A stretch of DNA of 56,923 bases from Patescibacteria group bacterium. GTDB lineage: Bacteria > Patescibacteriota > Patescibacteriia > UBA2196 > GWA2-42-15. The translations under genes were made by a program, and so were the position numbers. Each line of letters opens with the position of its first letter. The first letter of the stretch is position 1. Location of the stretch: NCBI GenBank assembly GCA_022709795.1, contig JAKLID010000001.1, positions 1 to 56,923 on the forward strand. The letters run 5' to 3'. This document shows positions 33,274 to 41,048 of this stretch, piece after piece. The notes under the pieces are model-generated. The model ran no database searches and was not told where the DNA came from. It saw nothing but the letters and a program-made list of their open reading frames with translations.

Positions 33274-36237
33274 ATGGAAAAATATAATCCACAAGCAATA
33301 GAGCCAAAGTGGCAAAAGGTTTGGGATGAGCAGGGTGTATTCGCGGCCGAAGAGGATAAGGCTAAGAAGAAATTTTTTGGTTTGATTGAATTTCCTTACC
33401 CTTCTGGCGACGGGTTGCACACGGGTCATTTGCGTTCCAATACCGCCATGGATATTATTTGTCGCAAAAGAAGGATGCAGGGTTATAACGTTTTATATCC
33501 GATCGGCTTTGATGCCTTTGGCTTGCCCACAGAAAATTACGCCATTAAGAAAAAAATAAAACCCCAAGAAGCGACAGCCAAAAATATTGCTACTTTTACC
33601 AAACAACTTAAAGAAGCGGGTTTTTCTTTTGATTGGAGCCGGTCATTTTCTACAACTGATGAAGATTATTATAAATGGACACAGTGGATTTTTGTGCAGA
33701 TGTTTAAACGCGGCTTGGCGGAAAAGAAAAAAGAAACGATTAATTGGTGCACTTCATGCAAAATTGGTTTGGCCAATGAAGAGGTGGTGAATGGTGTGTG
33801 CGAACGTTGTGGCGGCGAAGTGGTGAAAAAAATAAAAGAGCAGTGGGTTTTGAAAATTACCAAGTATGCCGATCGGCTGATCAAAGACTTGGACACAGTG
33901 GATTATTTGGAAAGAATAAAAACACAACAGGTGAATTGGATCGGTAAGTCTGTTGGGGCGGAGATACGATTTAAGATTTATGATTTAAGATTTAAGAATG
34001 AACCCCTTGATGAATTGGTGGTGTTTACAACCAGACCCGACACATTGTTTGGGGCGACGTTTATGGTGGTGGCGCCGGAACATCAGCTTATCAGCAATTT
34101 CCAAGATACAATTTCCAATTTCCAAGAAGTGAAAAATTATATAGAAGAGGCAAAGAAGAAATCGGATTTAGAAAGAACGGATTTGAATAAAGAGAAAACT
34201 GGTGTGGAGATAAAAGGCATTAAAGCGATTAATCCGGTCAATGGCCAAGAGATACCGATTTTTGTGGCAGATTATGTGATGATGGGTTATGGCACAGGCG
34301 CGATTATGGCCGTGCCAGCGCATGATGAAAGAGACTATGAGTTTGCGAAGAAGTATAATATTTCAATCAAAGAAGTGGTTGCACCATTGATTAAAAAAGA
34401 AACTAAGGATGATAAACCAACAGAAAAAAGAGATGTGGTATGCGCCATTGTTAAAGATGTCAAAAAAAATCAAATTTTATGTTTGAATTGGAAGAAGACG
34501 GGTTGGAAAGCTTTTCCAATGGGAGGAACTGACGGAGAAAATTTAATTGATGCTGCAAGAAGGGAGGTGAGGGAAGAAACTGGTTATAAAAATATAAGAT
34601 TTGTCAAAAAAATAGGCGAACCTTTTTATCAAAATTTTTGGCGACCGCACAAAGATTCAAATGTCTTTGGTAAATTTGAAACTTTATTTTTTGAATTGGA
34701 AGATTATGAAAAAGATGAAGTTAATGAAAAAGAAAAAGAGCAGCATGAGGCTGTGTGGATTGATGAAGACAAAGTTAAAGAGTTTATTAATGTTAGCGGC
34801 CCGGAATTAATATGGCAAAGATATAGTGGGTTGGATGAAAAGTGTTTTTTAGGAGAAGGGATAGCAATTAATTCTGGTGAGTTTAACGGATTATCCACAA
34901 CAGAATTTAAAGAAAAAATAGTTAATTGGTTGAAAGAGACTGTTTTGGGTAAAAAACAAATTCAATATAAACTTCATGACTGGATTTTTTCCAGACAAAG
35001 ATATTGGGGAGAGCCCATACCGCTAATTTTTTGTGCTAATTGCAAAAAATTAGCGGAAAATCCGAAATCCGAAATCCGAAATCCGAAATTAAATGAAGGA
35101 GAGATTTTAAATCCAGGTTGGTATGTCGAGGAAAATTTGCCCGTGGTTTTGCCAGACATAGATGATTATTTACCAACTGACGAGGGCGATTCGCCATTGG
35201 CTAAAAAAGAAGATTGGGTAAAAACAAAATGCCCGGTGTGTGGTGAGGAAGCGCGAAGAGAAACAGATGTCATGCCGAATTGGGCGGGGTCAAACTGGTA
35301 TTTTATTCGCTATACTGATCCGAAAAATGATCAGATGATGGTTGACCCAGCCAAAGCCAAGTATTGGTTGCCGGTGGATTGGTATAATGGCGGCATGGAA
35401 CATACAACTTTACATCTTTTGTATTCTAGATTTGTGTGGAAATTTTTGTATGACATTGGCGCGGTGCCAAAAGAATGCGGAGTAGAACCATATGCCAAAC
35501 GCACAGCCCACGGCATGATTTTGGGTGAAGGCGGAGTCAAGATGAGTAAATCCAAAGGCAATGTGATTAACCCAGATGAATATGTCAAAAAATATGGGGC
35601 AGACACGCTTCGTGTTTATGAAATGTTTATGGGGCCGTTTGATCAGCCAATTGCTTGGGAGGATAAGAGCGTCAATGGGGTGTATAGATTTTTGAATAGA
35701 ATATGGTTATTGCAGGACAAGCTCCAAGCTCCAAGCTCCAAGCTCCAAATAAATTCCAAATCACAAATCCCAAATCCAAAACTAGTTACATTACTACATC
35801 AAACAATTAAGAAGGTGGGGGAAGATATCGAAGAGATGAAATTTAATACAGCCGTGGCGCAAATGATGATTTTGTTAAATGAATTAGAAAAGCAGGAAGA
35901 AATTTCTGCAACCCATTATTCATTATTTATTATTCTATTATCCCCTTTTGCGCCACACTTGGCAGAGGAATTGTGGCAGAAACTTGGACACAAAGAATCT
36001 ATTCAAAAAGAAAATTGGCCAGAGTATGATGTGAATTTGATTAAGGCAGAAGAATTTGAACTAGTGGTGCAAATCAACGGTAAGGTACGGGAGAAAATTT
36101 TAGTGCCAGCAGAAATTGGCGAAGCGGAGGTAAAGGAGTTGACCATGAAAAATGAAAAGGTTTTGAAGTGGCTAAACGGACAAGAGCCAAAGAAAATTAT
36201 TTATGTCAAAGGCAAGTTGGTAAGTATGGTGATATAA
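33274..36237 (+). CDS. leuS: Leucyl-tRNA synthetase with an inserted Nudix domain and several in-frame low-complexity insertions
   Basis: Class I HIGH motif (PYPSGDGLHTGHLR), CP1 editing motifs TTRPDTLFGATFMVVAPEH and GTGAIMAVPAHDERDYEFAKKY, RQRYWGEPIP, and KMSKS (VKMSKSKGN). Confidence 0.95.
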   Translation: MEKYNPQAIEPKWQKVWDEQGVFAAEEDKAKKKFFGLIEFPYPSGDGLHTGHLRSNTAMDIICRKRRMQGYNVLYPIGFDAFGLPTENYAIKKKIKPQEATAKNIATFTKQLKEAGFSFDWSRSFSTTDEDYYKWTQWIFVQMFKRGLAEKKKETINWCTSCKIGLANEEVVNGVCERCGGEVVKKIKEQWVLKITKYADRLIKDLDTVDYLERIKTQQVNWIGKSVGAEIRFKIYDLRFKNEPLDELVVFTTRPDTLFGATFMVVAPEHQLISNFQDTISNFQEVKNYIEEAKKKSDLERTDLNKEKTGVEIKGIKAINPVNGQEIPIFVADYVMMGYGTGAIMAVPAHDERDYEFAKKYNISIKEVVAPLIKKETKDDKPTEKRDVVCAIVKDVKKNQILCLNWKKTGWKAFPMGGTDGENLIDAARREVREETGYKNIRFVKKIGEPFYQNFWRPHKDSNVFGKFETLFFELEDYEKDEVNEKEKEQHEAVWIDEDKVKEFINVSGPELIWQRYSGLDEKCFLGEGIAINSGEFNGLSTTEFKEKIVNWLKETVLGKKQIQYKLHDWIFSRQRYWGEPIPLIFCANCKKLAENPKSEIRNPKLNEGEILNPGWYVEENLPVVLPDIDDYLPTDEGDSPLAKKEDWVKTKCPVCGEEARRETDVMPNWAGSNWYFIRYTDPKNDQMMVDPAKAKYWLPVDWYNGGMEHTTLHLLYSRFVWKFLYDIGAVPKECGVEPYAKRTAHGMILGEGGVKMSKSKGNVINPDEYVKKYGADTLRVYEMFMGPFDQPIAWEDKSVNGVYRFLNRIWLLQDKLQAPSSKLQINSKSQIPNPKLVTLLHQTIKKVGEDIEEMKFNTAVAQMMILLNELEKQEEISATHYSLFIILLSPFAPHLAEELWQKLGHKESIQKENWPEYDVNLIKAEEFELVVQINGKVREKILVPAEIGEAEVKELTMKNEKVLKWLNGQEPKKIIYVKGKLVSMVI
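34425..34800 (+). other. Nudix hydrolase domain inserted within LeuRS, after the CP1 editing domain
   Basis: Nudix box GGTDGENLIDAARREVREETGY (Gx5Ex7REVxEExG). It is preceded by RDVVCAIVKD..NQILCLNWKK and followed by GKFETLFFELED...HEAVWIDEDKVKEFI. Canonical LeuRS sequence resumes at GIAINSGEFNGLS. Confidence 0.65.
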
Positions 36238-36261
36238 TATTTTTAAAAATAAAATAAAACT

Positions 36262-36456
36262 ATGTATTTACACAGCAGGAACGAGCGTGGCTCTGGTAAC
36301 GCTTATTACATATTACTTTTAATAATTTTGGTGGTGGTGATGTTTTTTTTGATGTGCGATTTTAATCTGTTGCCAGGCGGTGTGTGTCTGAGCGTGGAAT
36401 CAGTGATAGACAAAATAAGCCGGCAGATAAATGATTGGCTGAGTATTAAATATTAA
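36262..36456 (+). CDS. Small hypothetical membrane protein
   Basis: A 64-aa ORF with one hydrophobic helix (YYILLLIILVVVMFFLM). There is no other support. Confidence 0.3.
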   Translation: MYLHSRNERGSGNAYYILLLIILVVVMFFLMCDFNLLPGGVCLSVESVIDKISRQINDWLSIKY

Positions 36457-36524
36457 TAAATCAAAATAGATAACCTGGGCCGTGGAGTGGCCTAGTTTTG
36501 TTTCATAAATTAAAAAACAGCAAG

Positions 36525-37790
36525 ATGAAACCATTTAATAATGCCTTGGAACAATTAAAGAAAGCGGCAGAGCTGGTAGAATTAAATAAAAATATTTGGG
36601 AAAGAATAAAAAAGCCGGACAATGTTTTGCAGGTGTCTTTGCCGGTCAAGCTGGATAATGGAGAATGGGAAGTATTTGAGGGATACCGAGTACAATATAA
36701 TAACAGCCGCGGGCCGTACAAGGGCGGGATCAGATTTCACCCCAAGACTGATTTGAATGAAGTCAAGGCCTTGGCTTTTTGGATGACAATCAAATGTGCA
36801 GTGGTGGGTATTCCTTATGGCGGAGCCAAAGGCGGAATCACCGTGGATCCTAAAAAATTATCAGTGGGAGAATTGGAAAGATTGACGCGGGCTTTCACTC
36901 AAAAATTGGTTGGTTTTATTGGGTCGGAAAAAGATATTCCAGCGCCGGACGTGAATACCAATTCGCAGATCATGGCGTGGATGGCAGATGAATATTCAAA
37001 AATAAAGGGCTATAATGTGCCGGGTGTAGTGACGGGCAAGCCATTGGAATTTGGCGGCTCACTCGGCAGAAATGAGGCCACTGGGCTGGGTGGATTTTTT
37101 GTTTTTGAGCAACTGGCTAAAAGATTGAAATTAAATTCCAAGAAGACAACAGTGGCGATCCAGGGATTTGGCAATGTCGGTTGTAATCTGGCTGTGTTTT
37201 TGCACCGGGCTGGTTATAAAATAGTGGCAGTATCTGATTCGCAGGGAGGAATTTTGAATAAAAACGGGGAAGAGATGGATCCAGAGGAGATAATGAAAGC
37301 CAAAAAACAAAAAGGACAAATCGATGGTTGCTATTGTCGGGGGACAGTTTGTGATTGTCTGAATTTTGCCAAAATAGATAATGAAAAATTGTTGCAATTG
37401 CCAGTAGATGTTTTGGTGCCAGCGGCTTTGGAGGGGGCGATTCATGAGAAGAACGCAGGTAAAGTAAAGGCAAAAATAATTTTAGAAATGGCTAATGGTG
37501 GCGTGACACCTGGAGCGGAAGAGAAATTAAATAAGAAAGGGATAACGGTGGTGCCGGATGTTTTGGCGAATGCTGGTGGGGTGGTAGTGTCGTATTTTGA
37601 GTGGGTGCAAAATTTACAAAATTATTATTGGACACTGGAGGAGGTAAACGAGAAGCTGAAAAAAATAATGGATGAAGCGTTTGAGGAAGTCTGGCAGAAA
37701 AAGGAAAAATATCAGACAAATTTGCGGATGGGGGCGTTTGCTTTGGCCTTGGAGAGAATAGAGAGGGCGATGAGGGTGAGAGGGATGTAG
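36525..37790 (+). CDS. gdhA: Glutamate dehydrogenase (Glu/Leu/Phe/Val dehydrogenase family)
   Basis: GPYKGGIRFHP, catalytic Lys box PYGGAKGGI, and Rossmann motif VAIQGFGNVG. The ATG at 36525 is preferred over the TTG at 36498. Confidence 0.9.
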   Translation: MKPFNNALEQLKKAAELVELNKNIWERIKKPDNVLQVSLPVKLDNGEWEVFEGYRVQYNNSRGPYKGGIRFHPKTDLNEVKALAFWMTIKCAVVGIPYGGAKGGITVDPKKLSVGELERLTRAFTQKLVGFIGSEKDIPAPDVNTNSQIMAWMADEYSKIKGYNVPGVVTGKPLEFGGSLGRNEATGLGGFFVFEQLAKRLKLNSKKTTVAIQGFGNVGCNLAVFLHRAGYKIVAVSDSQGGILNKNGEEMDPEEIMKAKKQKGQIDGCYCRGTVCDCLNFAKIDNEKLLQLPVDVLVPAALEGAIHEKNAGKVKAKIILEMANGGVTPGAEEKLNKKGITVVPDVLANAGGVVVSYFEWVQNLQNYYWTLEEVNEKLKKIMDEAFEEVWQKKEKYQTNLRMGAFALALERIERAMRVRGM

Positions 37791-37881
37791 GGTTGTAGGT
37801 ACGTAGGGAGGTAGGTGGGTAGTTAAGTAGGTGTGTAGGGAAGTAGGATTTATGATTTAAGAAATTAAGATATTTTAATTT

Positions 37882-38574
37882 ATGTTAAAGAAACAACAAT
37901 ACCAAAATCCATATAAAAAAATTCAGCCGGAAATAAGCGAACCGTACACTTTAATTTATTTGGTGCGGCATTGCCACCCGGATTATGAACAAGAAGACCG
38001 GGTGGGCGATAAATCACTCCCACTTTCTGCCGTTGGCATCACGCAGGCGAATTTATTGGTAAAAAATAAATTAGGTAAGCTGGAAATTGACCGGGTTTAT
38101 GCCAGTGAATTTGTGCGGGCCAAACAAACGGCGGAAATTTATGCCAAAAAATCAGGACACAAAATAAAAATTGATCCGCGGTTGAATGAAATAGACTGGG
38201 ACAATTGGTATAAGATGAAATATTTTAAGATGACTGATAAAACCAGAGTGAAAAGGGTCAAGGGCTATCGAGCGATGGATAAAATTTTGTCCAACTACCA
38301 AGACCAAAGCCGGCGCCTCTTGGCTGATTATTGGCTAAAAAACAGAAATAAGAAAATTGTTCTTTTTTGTCATGGTAATCTGATCCGGAGTATGGTGACC
38401 GGGATTTTGAATACTGACGTGGTCGGTTTTCTGTCCATGGAAATTTACCAGTCATCAGTGACCAAGCTCGTTATCGACCGCGACGGTTATATTAAGATAA
38501 ATTATATCAATAGCATTTGCCATTTGCCGCACCGGCCAGCGGAAGATTTGTTTCATTTTGCGATCAGCCAGTAG
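37882..38574 (+). CDS. Histidine phosphatase (phosphoglycerate-mutase-like) family protein
   Basis: N-terminal LIYLVRHCHP (RHG-type motif), ASEFVRAKQTAE, and the distal catalytic His in LFCHGNLIRS. Confidence 0.8.
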   Translation: MLKKQQYQNPYKKIQPEISEPYTLIYLVRHCHPDYEQEDRVGDKSLPLSAVGITQANLLVKNKLGKLEIDRVYASEFVRAKQTAEIYAKKSGHKIKIDPRLNEIDWDNWYKMKYFKMTDKTRVKRVKGYRAMDKILSNYQDQSRRLLADYWLKNRNKKIVLFCHGNLIRSMVTGILNTDVVGFLSMEIYQSSVTKLVIDRDGYIKINYINSICHLPHRPAEDLFHFAISQ

Positions 38575-38627
38575 AAATGATACGCGAATAGTTTTGCGAA
38601 TATATGCGAATGCTTTTGCGAATAAAG

Positions 38628-38655
38628 AAAACCCGGGCGAGGAGCTCGGGTTTTT
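38628..38655 (+). terminator. Intrinsic terminator after the histidine phosphatase gene
   Basis: AAAACCCGGGCGAGGAGCTCGGGTTTTT. Confidence 0.6.
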
Positions 38656-38657
38656 AT

Positions 38658-38733
38658 GTTAAGAATAGAGCGAAGCAATTTGGGTGGAGGCTCTCGAAAG
38701 AGCCGCAACTAGATGCTCGTTGTTAGCTGATGT
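38658..38733. repeat. Satellite attC-like site related to array site 3
   Basis: GCGAAGCAATTTGGGTGGAGGCTCTCGAAAGAGCCGCA...GTTGTTAGCTGATGTA aligns with site 3 GCGAAG..AGCAATTTGCGCGGAGGCTTTCGGAGAAAACCGCA...GTTATCGGATGTA. The stems are degenerate. Confidence 0.5.
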
Positions 38734-38743
38734 AATTTTAATT

Positions 38744-39532
38744 TCATAAACTCATTTTCGCTTCAATATTTTTTTTCTGAAAATCATATTTTTTTGGTAA
38801 GGTGGCTAATACGGAATTTAGTTCAGCCATACTGTCGGCGTTTTTAACCCCTTCGTTTAAACAAGTTATAATACGCTCAAGAGTTTCATTAATTTGCCAG
38901 TCATAATCTTTTTTTATGTCAAGTTCAAGCGTTTTAATTAAATTATATATATATCCCATCTGCCCTTTTTGTTTATGTTCAAATGCCTTTCTCACTAAGT
39001 TATCTCTTTGCACATCTTCGTAATTTGCTTGGATTTCTTGAATTTTTGATTCATGTTCTTTCAACGAAGCACTTACAGATGATTTAATCTTAGAGTCAAG
39101 TTTTGTGTTTAGTTCAGCTAAATTTTTTTCAACTTGGCTTTTAACATCGGAAAGCATCTTTTGTGTTGCTAAATTGACTGTATCCTTTTCTGACTGAATT
39201 GTTGTCAACATTTTTTCTTTATCTGCACTTAATTCAGCGCGCACCTTTTCTTTGAAGGTGTTGAATTTATTTTTGTTTAAAGAAAAATTTTGAAAAAAAT
39301 TTAGCCCAACCACGGCTAAGAAAACCGTAATGAGGCCGCCAAGGGCCCAATAGATAGTGTTAAGTATTTTATTATTTGTCTGGTCAAGTGTGTTGATCTG
39401 TTTTTCCAGCGCTTGAACTTGACTTATTGTCACGAAATTTTCAGTGGTAGTAGTAGTCTGTGCAAAAACATCTAAATTGTAAGCAAAAAGGGTTGCTAAT
39501 AGTATTGAGGCAAAAATGAGTTTATTTTTCAT
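38744..39532 (-). CDS. Secreted/membrane-anchored coiled-coil protein of unknown function (probable solo cassette)
   Basis: Signal peptide MKNKLIFASILLATLFAYNLDVFAQ, one internal TM helix (ALGGLITVFLAVVGLNFF), then a long heptad-like region. AT-rich and flanked by cassette-type repeats. Confidence 0.7.
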   Translation of the reverse strand: MKNKLIFASILLATLFAYNLDVFAQTTTTTENFVTISQVQALEKQINTLDQTNNKILNTIYWALGGLITVFLAVVGLNFFQNFSLNKNKFNTFKEKVRAELSADKEKMLTTIQSEKDTVNLATQKMLSDVKSQVEKNLAELNTKLDSKIKSSVSASLKEHESKIQEIQANYEDVQRDNLVRKAFEHKQKGQMGYIYNLIKTLELDIKKDYDWQINETLERIITCLNEGVKNADSMAELNSVLATLPKKYDFQKKNIEAKMSL

Positions 39533-39550
39533 AAAATTAAAATTATTTCA

Positions 39551-39588
39551 GTTAAATCGTTGATATGTGGAATATGTATCGTTTAAAC
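39551..39588. repeat. Short attC-like hairpin upstream of the solo cassette
   Basis: GTTAAA-TCGTT-GATA...TATC-G-TTTAAAC. It has the same box / 5-nt spacer / box layout, and the TCGTT spacer is identical to that of site 0. Confidence 0.35.
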
Positions 39589-39635
39589 TATAGATTAATT
39601 TTATAATGCCCAGAAAACAAATACAAGGCCAGAAA

Positions 39636-40094
39636 TCAGGCTTGTTTTTTGCTAAAGTCATAGAGCGCAATGCTTCCGGCGATAGCGACGTTCAAAGATT
39701 CTTTTTGGCCGAGCATGGGGATGGAGATGATGGCATCAGCTTGGCTCAAGATTTTTTTACTAATACCTTTGACTTCGTTGCCGACAATGAGAGCGCAGGG
39801 GAATTAGGGTTGGAAGGTGGTGAGGTTTTTGGTGTGCGGCCCGGTTTCTAAGGCATAAATTTTTATACCTTGTTTTTTAAATTTAGGAATAAGCAGATGA
39901 GTTTGCCAATGTTTTTCCCAAGGGACGAAAGCATCGGCGCCGAGAGCGACTTTGGCGATTTTGGGGTTGGGTGGGGTGGCGGTATAGCCGCAGAGATAAA
40001 TTTTTGTCACACCAAAAACATCGGCGGAACGAAAGAGGGAACCGATGTTATAGAGACTTCTGATATTTTGGGCGATTAAATAGATTTCTTTCAT
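39636..40094 (-). pseudogene. SpoU/TrmH-family RNA 2'-O-methyltransferase interrupted by an in-frame TAA (39804-39806)
   Basis: The N-part is MKEIYLIAQNIRSLYNIGSLFRSADVFG...TFQP. After the TAA the same frame continues FPCALIVGNEVKGISKKILSQADAIISIPMLGQKESLNVAIAGSIALYDF, which covers the conserved SPOUT motifs 2 and 3. Confidence 0.75.
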
Positions 40095-40099
40095 AGGAC

Positions 40100-40130
40100 A
40101 CGGGATCCCTCACTGGCGTTCGGGATAAAC
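40100..40130 (+). repeat. Dispersed motif ACGGGATCCCTC-N-CGGGATAAA, copy 2
   Basis: ACGGGATCCCTCACTGGCGTTCGGGATAAAC. It lies between the SpoU pseudogene start and a duplicated SpoU 5' fragment. Confidence 0.6.
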
Positions 40131-40135
40131 TGCGG

Positions 40136-40210
40136 TTAGTCGACATTAAACAAGGAGCGGATGTTTTGGGCGATAAGAAATAATTCAGCTTTTTGGTTGG
40201 ATTTAGACAT
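40136..40210 (-). pseudogene. Remnant 5' fragment of a second SpoU-type methyltransferase gene
   Basis: The minus strand reads MSKSNQKAELFLIAQNIRSLFNVD then a stop, paralogous to MKEIYLIAQNIRSLYNIGS of the adjacent gene. DNA GATGTTTTGGGCGATAAGAAATA compares with GATATTTTGGGCGATTAAATAGA. Confidence 0.5.
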
Positions 40211-40348
40211 AGGATGGTGGCGTGTTTGGTGAAGTTTCAAATTTTTTGGTTCAGGTCAGAGACCTGAACCAACTAGTTTCATTAGTATTTATTTATAAGG
40301 ATGATTATGATAGAATTATAGTAAGATAACAGAATTGGTCAAATAAAT

Positions 40349-40981
40349 ATGTTGGTTTACCCAAATTATAAAATTGAAAAAGAGCTTTATCAACGCGGGT
40401 TTCAGGGAGTGGCGGGGCTGGACGAGGCAGGCAGGGGCGCGTGGGCTGGGCCAGTGGTGGCAGCAGCGGTGGTTTTGCCGCGTGACTTTAAAATTAAGGG
40501 ACTGCGCGATTCAAAATTATTGAGCCCTAAGCAGCGAGAGGAATTATTCGTAGTCATCAATAAAAATGCCATGGCGGTTGGCGTCGGCATTATTTCTGAA
40601 AAGATTATTGATAGTGAGGGGATAATCAGGGCGACTAGGGAGGCATTTCTACAGGCGATAGAGAAGATAAAAGAAAAAGTGGACTATCTTTTGGTGGACG
40701 GGATAAAAATATTTGAACACAGCTTGCCAATAGACTGGCATATCAAAGGCGACAGAAAAATAGGCTCTATCGCGGCGGCCAGCGTGATCGCCAAAGTGAC
40801 GCGGGATCACATTCTCCGAGATTATCACCAGAAATATCCGTTTTATGGTTTTGATCAACATAAGGGCTATGGGACGGCCAAACACACAGAGTCTTTGGAA
40901 AAACACGGCTGGTGCGATATCCACCGAAAGACCTTCCGCCCAATTATTGAGAAGGGATATTATCAGCGAGAGGAGGGATAA
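40349..40981 (+). CDS. rnhB: Ribonuclease HII
   Basis: VAGLDEAGRGAWAGPVVAAAVVL, DSKLLSPKQRE, ASVIAKVTRD, GYGTAKH. Confidence 0.93.
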   Translation: MLVYPNYKIEKELYQRGFQGVAGLDEAGRGAWAGPVVAAAVVLPRDFKIKGLRDSKLLSPKQREELFVVINKNAMAVGVGIISEKIIDSEGIIRATREAFLQAIEKIKEKVDYLLVDGIKIFEHSLPIDWHIKGDRKIGSIAAASVIAKVTRDHILRDYHQKYPFYGFDQHKGYGTAKHTESLEKHGWCDIHRKTFRPIIEKGYYQREEG

Positions 40982-41048
40982 AGACAATTTGATTTTTTGG
41001 GCGTTTTTTTGTATAATAACTTTATTGAATCTATAAAAATTTAATTAT

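Noticed and set aside
39804-39806. An alternative genetic code (stop-codon reassignment) as the explanation for the in-frame TAA.
   Set aside because: Every other conserved gene in the window is intact under the standard code and uses TAA, TAG and TGA as terminators. A single case fits a pseudogene or a sequencing error better.
39606-39851. Plus-strand 81-aa ORF.
   Set aside because: It is exactly antisense to the conserved C-terminal half of the SpoU methyltransferase (ALIVGNEVKGIS...SLNVAIAGSIALY), which explains the open frame.
40246-40272. The perfect 12-bp palindrome TTGGTTCAGGTC-AGA-GACCTGAACCAA as an intrinsic terminator.
   Set aside because: The T-run precedes the hairpin on the + strand, so an A-run follows it on the - strand. 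Neither orientation has the hairpin-then-U-tract layout. Its function is unknown; it may be a protein-binding site.
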